From contig NC_042999.1 of the NCBI RefSeq assembly GCF_006345805.1, forward strand, positions 5,208,001-5,272,000: a stretch of DNA of 64,000 bases. Reading direction: 5' to 3'. Position numbers and translations under genes: made by a program. This document shows positions 52,101 through 60,800 of the stretch, one piece after another. Origin of the DNA: Octopus sinensis. Lineage: Eukaryota. Positions within the stretch are counted from its first letter, which is position 1; each line of letters begins with the position of its first letter. The notes beneath the pieces are model-generated. The model searched no databases, was not told the origin of the DNA, and saw only the letters and a list, made by a program, of their open reading frames with translations.

Positions 52101-55100
52101 TTTAAAGTAAAAACCATAAAAAAAATACATAAGAATTCATTAAAATCAAAATAGATGAGAATGGTTTAGCATAAATTTGCCAATTACAAAACTCTTAACA
52201 AAAAACACAAATGCCTCACAACACTGAATTTAAATTTGTGTTGCTATACTTTTCATTATATTAAATCACATCTTAAAGATCTCCTTTCTATTTAGATCAA
52301 TGCTTCTCAACCCATTTCTATCTAGGGATCCCTTTGATTCCTATTTTATTCGGATGGACACCCTCATAGTCATTTGATCTTTAAAAATCCCTATTATATT
52401 TTTGTAATTAAAGTTGTTAAAATATTTTGTGTACTATAAGTATAACTAATTTATTGCAGATAAACTTTAATAATAAATTCTCACAAGAACCCTCAAGGGC
52501 CAGGTGGACCCTGGTTGAGAGAACCACTGATTTAGATGCTAACATAAAAGGTTCTAATTTTCTCATAGCTGACAAGAGAGAATTGCTCAAATGCTTAAGA
52601 TCAGAATTTTGAAAAAAAAAACGAAACTCACGCTAATTGCCGACACCACTCCCTCAGATTGTGTTTTAGATATGGAATGTGACCTGAATTGATACCAGTA
52701 ATGGCAACCACTGTAAAACTTTCACGGTTTTCTTCTTCAGTAATAATTTTTCTGAAAATCTCATCTTCTGGAGCAACGTGGCTAGAGTCACCAGGCTGAA
52801 AAAGAAGGCAGTGAAAATATGGATACTTAACCCTTTAGTGTTTAAACCGGCCATATCTGGCCCAGATATTCTACTTGCTTTACATTCAAATGGGCGATAT
52901 CTAGCCTCTCACACCTAACCTACATTGATATTCTAAAAACAAACAATCACATCATTGAAACCTCAAAGCTATAAGATAATGCATGATTAATTCAAAACAA
53001 TTTGAGTGAAAAAGTATTACATTTAACAGAGTAATCTGAACACTAAAAGGTTAAATTGTGTTTAGGAGAAAAGTTTGCTGGTTGTCATTGAATAAAAGCA
53101 CACCTTTGTTTGAAATGCAATAAACAGCTATAAAGCATACAACACATTAGAATAGGCTTTGCAGTGAAGACAAAAGCTATTTTCTTTTCTTGCAAATATG
53201 TCAGTTTCTCTCGGACGACTGACTTGGAAGACTGAATGGTCTAACTAGTCTTTATTTTTTATGTCTAATAAATTATTTTAACCCTCTTTATTTATCATCA
53301 TTTAACGTCCATTTTCCAAGAGTTGGACAGTTTGACAGGAGCTGGTAAGCCAGAGGATTGCATCAAGCTTCACTGTTTTGGTGTGGTTTTTACAGCTGGA
53401 TGCCCTTCCCAACACCAACCGCATTACAGAGTGGATTGGGAGCTTTTTTATGTGGCACCAGCACTGGTGCCATGTAAAAAGCACCAAGTCCACTCTGTAA
53501 TGTGGTTGGTGTTAGGAAGGACATCATCATCATCGTTTAACGTCCGCTTTCCATGCTAGCATGGGTTGGACAGTTCAACTGGGGTCTGGCAAGCCCGAAG
53601 GCTGCACCAGGCCAGTCAGATCTGGCAGTGTTTCTACAGCTGGATGCCCTTCCTAACATCCAGTTGTAAATTCTAGGATGAAATTTGTTAATACCTTCAT
53701 TATTATCATTAGACGTTTTTACATGTTGACATGAATAATAAAAAAAAAAAAAAAAAAGATATTTTATGCAATTCCCTTTCTACTTCCAATTATGTTTGAA
53801 CAAGACATGGCAGTGCTAGCCACCATGACCACCACCATTTAACATCCAAGCGGGGTCGTTGCCAGTGCCACTGGACTGGCTCCTGTGCAGGTGGCACATA
53901 AAAAGCACCATTTGAGCGTGGCCGTTGCCAGTACCGCATGACTGGCCCTTGTGCTGGTGGCACGTAAAAGCACCCACTACACTCTCAGAGTGGTTGGCAT
54001 TAGGAAGGGCATCCAGCTGTAGAAACACTGCCAGATCAGACTGGAGCCTGGTGCAGCCATCTGGTTCGCCAGTCCTCAGTCAAATCGTCCAACCCATGCT
54101 AGCATGGAAAGTGGATGTTAAACGATGATGATGATGATGATGATGATGTGTTAGCATGTTTGGGATCCTATAACGAGATGCCCATCCCAACACCAACAAC
54201 TTTACAGTGTGTGCTGGGTGCTTTTATCATGGCACCAGCACAAATAAGGACTTGCAAGGCGAAAGGTCTTAGAGTGGCCCCGATAACTGAGAGAGAACAG
54301 AAGAGCACACTGGAAATAGATTTTCCCAAATGCTCGGTTGGGTCACTGGACGTAGTCAATGGGTTCTGTTACTTATGTGACATAATCAGTAAGAGTAGTG
54401 ACTGTTCAGAAAGCATTGTAGCCAGGATAAGAAAATTTAGGGAGCTACCAACTCTGCTGGCAATGAAGGTCTTTCTCCGCAGAAAAGCAACCTCTCATCA
54501 GCCTTATCAGTCACAAGCGTGGCTGGGTGGCCAGAAGCTTGTAATTAATTAATTACACCAGAGAATTATTTCTAATTGATATCAACCAGTTTCCCCCGAC
54601 TACAAATTTTCCCATAATTGTTTCGAGTTAACTTTTAATGATCCTGCCACTTAAACTGTTAACACTTACTTAACTACTGTTGTTTTTGTAGATGGTGTCC
54701 CCGAGTAATATAACCTGTTTCTCTCAAGCTAACCAATTCTATCACACATGTAGTCACACGTTTGTGCAGGCGCATACGCACGCACACACACAAACAATTG
54801 CAAGTATATCAAATACCATACAATATAAATTCTTGATTCGTAAAATTATCTCCGTTTCTAAAGGATGTGCCATAATTATCAGTAGGCTGTAGAGACTTGC
54901 TCCACATAAGAAGAGGAGATAATCTCAAGAATCAACAATTCTCCGAAACTGACATAGTATTAGGGAAAAGAGAAGCTGACTGTTAGGAGATAAGAGAACA
55001 CTCGGAGAGGGATGTTTCTGCCACAATAAGCGTCACCAGCACGACAAGTGCCCAAACATATCTTCAGCAGCCAAGGAACTTAGACAGGAGCGGCTGTGTG

Positions 55101-57774
55101 GTAAGTAGCTGCCTTCATGGCAAATATTTATGAAATAAAGTAGCTTGCTTGCTTGCCAACCACATGGTTCTGGGTTCAGTCTCACTGCGTGACATGTTGT
55201 GCAAGTGTCTTTTATTATAGCCTTGGGCTGACCAAAGCTTTGTGAATGGATTTGGTATACGGAAACTGAAAGAAGCCTATCATGTGTGTGTGTTGGACTA
55301 CTTAACAAAAAAATAAATATTGGAATCGATTTGACTAAAACTTTTTCAAGGCAGTGCCCCAGCATGGCTGCAGTCTAATGACTGAAACAAGCAAAAGATA
55401 AAAGATTAAATGAGAAAGAACTTACTTTTCTGTTTCTAATGAAACCACTGTAAATAGACTCGTTATTTTTCTCTTTCTTTTCAAAATCATCTTTTGATAT
55501 AGTTAGTTCATGAATATCTTTTGAACCAGCTGGTCGAGTTATCATCTGGAAAAATAGACATGATTAAAATAAACAAACGGGAAATTGTTTAAAAAAAGAA
55601 AAAAAAGACTTTAAATTACATGCATTTAAAGACTTGTCAATGTATTCTCTATAAATGATGCTGTTGTTTATGTCCGAAATATGTCTTTTCAAATTGTGTT
55701 TGTGTGTGTGTGTGTATGAGGACTGATCAAAAATGGTATTGAGATTGGTGCTATAAAAAGAAAATTACAACACCCATCACATTGGTATTCAAAGTGGTCC
55801 CTTTCTGAAGCCACACACTTTATCCAGCATCATTCCATTGATGGGAAGCATTCCTGGAACTCCTTGTTTTTGGATAGTAATCAGCTGCCTAACTGCATTC
55901 TTTTGGATTTCCATGACACCTTGAAATCTTGTTGGGCCCTTCCACTACAAAAACTGAGCCTTGGGTTTCAGGGTCATAGCCATAGACCCACAATTCAACA
56001 CCTGTTATAACCATTTTCAAAACAATCTTTGATCTTCCTCGAAACAGTCAAAGAGATCTTGTGCAGTTGAAACCCAACCTTCTTTTTGAGACAACCTCAC
56101 TCTACACGCTTTACTTTCAAGTTCTGCAGTAAACAACAGAAGTGGGTGAGAATGTTATATCTCAGTGTGCATGTGAGACAGAGTTCAGGGTCAATCCGTA
56201 CTAAGCGGCTTCAATCTGTGTACTTTAGCTGTTACCATAGCAACAATCCCAATAATTTTTGATCAAACCTCATATGTGCATGTATATATACAAACACACA
56301 CACACAAATTAACACATCAGCATCATTTGTATTGCATTACTCAAATTACAAATAATAAAAATCAATCCTTTAAATGAGTTTATTTGGAAGTTTAAAGATT
56401 TTCTATAAAAAATATTGTTATTTAAATTGCTATAATAATACTAGTCAATGTACACTAAATAAGGGATGAATTGGTCAGGAAAGCCTCATATTAATTACTG
56501 AATTTTATAAGAAAGCAGTGAAGCTAAACATTTTTGTGGAGCAGAATAGCCATAACAATTTTTTGAGTTATATCTGTTTTAGACTAATCAACCCAGTTTG
56601 TTCACTTCAACTAAATACCAGCCAACTCATTTAACATGGGATGTCTACAGCCTAGATTTTAACTCACTGCACTCCACACACAAAATAGCAGATGTTAATG
56701 CGCAGTGGTTGAGTATCTCGTTCATTTTCACAGTTGTGATTTAGGAGTTGTGTTGGATCAATGAGGTGTTTCCAAACATTTTTATCAAAAATCCCTACAG
56801 TTAGTACCACGCCTAATTCACTAGTACTGACTGGGCTTGTACAACATCAAATGCGGTTATATAATTCGGGAAGGGCCTAACTTAAACGATGGATAGTAAC
56901 AGAGCAGAGGGTAAAGCAAATTAGTTAACATAATGAATCTATTTTGCAGATATGAATTAAAATAGGAACAAAATCATCAGATAAGTAGGCAGTATATATT
57001 TATGTATATCTCATGGTTTCATTAAATAAAAAGCATTTAGGTAAGAGGAATAACAATCAAACTGACTTTAGTAGCATTTCCTATATAAAAGATAGCCTGT
57101 TTGCCACCAACTCCAAAATAGGATATGTCACTGTTTAAAGACCTCGGTGGTTCATATCTTACTGCACTGTTATCATCTCGATCAACTGAATTTCTGCTAA
57201 AAATAAAAGAAAAATGAAATATAAACTGAAACAAAATAAATAAAAAAGAAAAGAAAAATATAGCATTGAATGAGGAAACTAAGCAATATATATGAGTAAA
57301 ATTCCTCTTGGGGGAAGATTTGCCCTCTCAATTAAACATAGACTCAAACACAAGTTATTTAATTCTTAAATTTTATTAACTGAAAATAACTACAACTATC
57401 GTCTGAAAAAGTTATTGTGAAAAGCGGAAAGGAAATAACAAAAAGTAGTTCTATTTAAACCCAAAGATCAACATTTTCTGTAATTTTGAGAGTGTACTAA
57501 AACCTGTTCATTATACACAGATATACCTATATCTATCTATATATATATATAAATAAGGATAAGATCGTTAATTTAATTATCAATCTTATCAGGTGGCCAG
57601 CATGGGAATAAAACCCTTCAAAGGTAATAATTATTATTAAAATTATAATTTAGGGTATCTAAGAGATACCTCAACGTTGGAAATACCAGTGGTTTTAGAG
57701 TCAAGTTTTGGCTGCTATTTCCAGCAAGGAGATATCTCTTAGATACCATAAATTATAATTTTTTTTATATATAT

Positions 57775-57830
<56 letters not shown>

Positions 57831-60800
57831 CGTACCTGTGCATGCTTTGGAACCAAGTAGCCCATAAGGTTTTATCCCACTGTACGCTGGGCCTGTGTCT
57901 TCTAGCACTGTTCTGGGCTGAGCAATGTCTTGTGAATCAAATTTAGCTGACAGAGACTGTGCTGAAGCCAGTTCTATGCAAAAGTGTTTATTGAGAGGAT
58001 GACTAATTTACCAGGGTATCCAACAAAAAATAACGTTGGGTATTTTGAAATTGAGTAACATCTTGTTATGTGGAAACAAAATTCAAACATTTGATAGGAA
58101 TAAAGTGACAAAATATCAGACAAAGTTCTAGATTAGTGAGTGAAAGATGGGAAGTTCCAAGAGGGTGTTTATGTTTAGAGACATCCAAAACAATTAGTGA
58201 AAGCTTGTACATGTTACCTCACTTGGGTGTTAAGATTATGGATGCTTGTCACACATGCACACATACGTGTGTGTGCACTATTGTATTGAACTGTATGCCA
58301 TTATCTCAGAAAAAAAAAAAGGGTAAAATAAGCACTAGACTGTAAAAGTGATGATGGTCATATATGACTGATTGGTGTAGGAGTGGCTGTGTGGTAAGTA
58401 GCTTGTCTACCAACCACATGGTTCAGGGTTCAGTCCCACTGCGCGGCACCTTGAGCAAGTGTCTTCTACTATAGCCTTGGGTCGACCAAAGTCTTGTGAG
58501 TGGATTTGGTAGAAAGAAATTGAAAGAAGCCCATCGTATATATGTATATATATGTATTTATATGTGTGTATATGTTTGTGTGTCTGTGTTTGTCCCCCCA
58601 ACATCGCTTGATAACCGATGCTGGTGTGTTTACATCCCCGTGACTGGAGCAGTAATCTCCCAAACTCTTTTCTCATTGAGATGACTGTTCAAGTAATTTA
58701 TTAATTTATAAAAATTTGAAGTAAAAACGGTTTATCTTCTGCCTGATATTTGATAAGATGAAATTCATCATCAAAACCGGTAATATTTTCTTTATATAAT
58801 TTTTAAACCATTTTATTAAATTCTTTCTTAACCCATTAACTACTAAGTTTTTTTTATTCATATTTTTTGGCTTTGCCAGGTGTCTTAGGAGTTAAAATAA
58901 TAGATAGTATTTAAATTTTCCTCATATGTGAATCATTTTGGAAATTATGATAAATTTTTCGGAAAGTTTCAAATGGGGATTGCTGAAAAAAAGCATATTT
59001 ATCCATTTCTGTTTAATTGCAATAATAAACATTTTAGCTTTTTTTATGAATGATACAGGTGGGAAATGCAAAAAGAAAAAAAACAAAAGGTTTTCAAAAC
59101 AGTCAATATTTTTGTAGTTCAAAAATTGCGATTTATGACATAAAACATCATCTAGAATTAACCAGAGCTAATAATGACTAAATATTGTTAAACACACCTC
59201 TGCAAATGCCATGTACATAAGCAATTCACTTTAAATACAAGGAACAACGGGCAGTGAGACTGTTTTTAGTATATCCCCAAATGGGGCTCATAGCAGGCAA
59301 TGGGTTAAATTGAAATGTCTTAGATTTACTTCTGTGCAATTTCCACCTCCATCTTTTCAACATCATCACCATCAATTGACGTGTGCTTTCCATGCTGGCA
59401 TGGGTTGGATGGTTTGACAGAGGACCGGCAAGCCAGGAGGCTGCACCAGACTCCAATCTGATCTGGCAAGGTTTCTACAGCTGGATGGCCTTCCTAATGC
59501 CAACCACTAAGAGTGTAGTGGGTGCTTTTTACGTGCCATCAGCACGAGGGTCAGTCAGGCAGCACTGGCATATATAATATTATATATATATACACACACA
59601 CACACACAATACCAAATATATATATATATATATAATATAAAAATTTTATTTGTATAGATCTCTACTCTTTTTTCAACTACACACACACACACACACATAT
59701 ATATATAATGTGTGTGTGTGTGTGCTTCAATGAAATTCCCACCAAAATATCCGAAACCAAATATTACATTTCCTCCTCATATACAGTTACTAAACTAGAA
59801 GCAAACCTATCTAATGTAAGACACTAGATGTAATGTAATAAAGTACATGCATTGGCAGCTGTTAACTTAAATCCAAGTTAATAAACTCTTTGTTCCCCAG
59901 ATTTAAGAATTCTGTTTAAAATTAATTGATCCCAAAATAACAGTGATGAGTTTGCTGTATACAGTACACAGATGCATGGCAATTTGGAAAAGGAGAAGAG
60001 GGGACTGGAGTAACAATAAGTAAAGAAAGAGAGTAAAGAGAACCAAAAGTAGATGCATAGTAAAGATAATGGCACTAGGTTCTGAGTTCAATTTTAAGCA
60101 AGGCACTTAGGTGAACTACAGGACTTTAAGAAGGCTGGAGTGTACACAGCTAAAATGAGGACACCATTCTGAGTAATACACAGTATAAAATTTCCCCCTC
60201 ATCATCATCAAACAATTTAATATTAATTATAAACAGTTTAATCCAAAAATTAGAAAAATTCCTACAAACTTTTCATTCAACTCTTAATTTCTCAAATGTT
60301 TAAATGTTTTCTTTTTTTCAATACAGATGCTATAAACATGCCCTCATTTGGGGGTTTCACAACATTCTAAGAAATGTCAATCTTTCATGAAAATAACTGA
60401 GACAAATAAAAAAAAAAAGGATCTCAAATTATTTCAGTAAACAAGTAACAGAAAATGTTAGGAACCATTAAAAATGCTGCTCAAAGACAATGAAAAGAAA
60501 GTTTCACCTTCAAAATGAGAGAGTAATAATGCAGAAAACTTAAATTTCCACCTAAATTTTAGAGCAATTTCACACACCAAAACAAGCCACTGGGTACACA
60601 AAATGGAATCACTGTTTGAAGTAGATCACATATTGCATACTCCCCTACCTACTGTCTTCGTTAAGTAAACCTTAATTACTTCATCATCATCATCTTTTAA
60701 CGTCCATTTTCCATTCTGGCATGGGTTGGATGGTTTGACTGAGGTCTGGAGAGCCAGCAGCTGCACCAGGCTCCAATCTGATCAGGCAATGTTTCTACAG

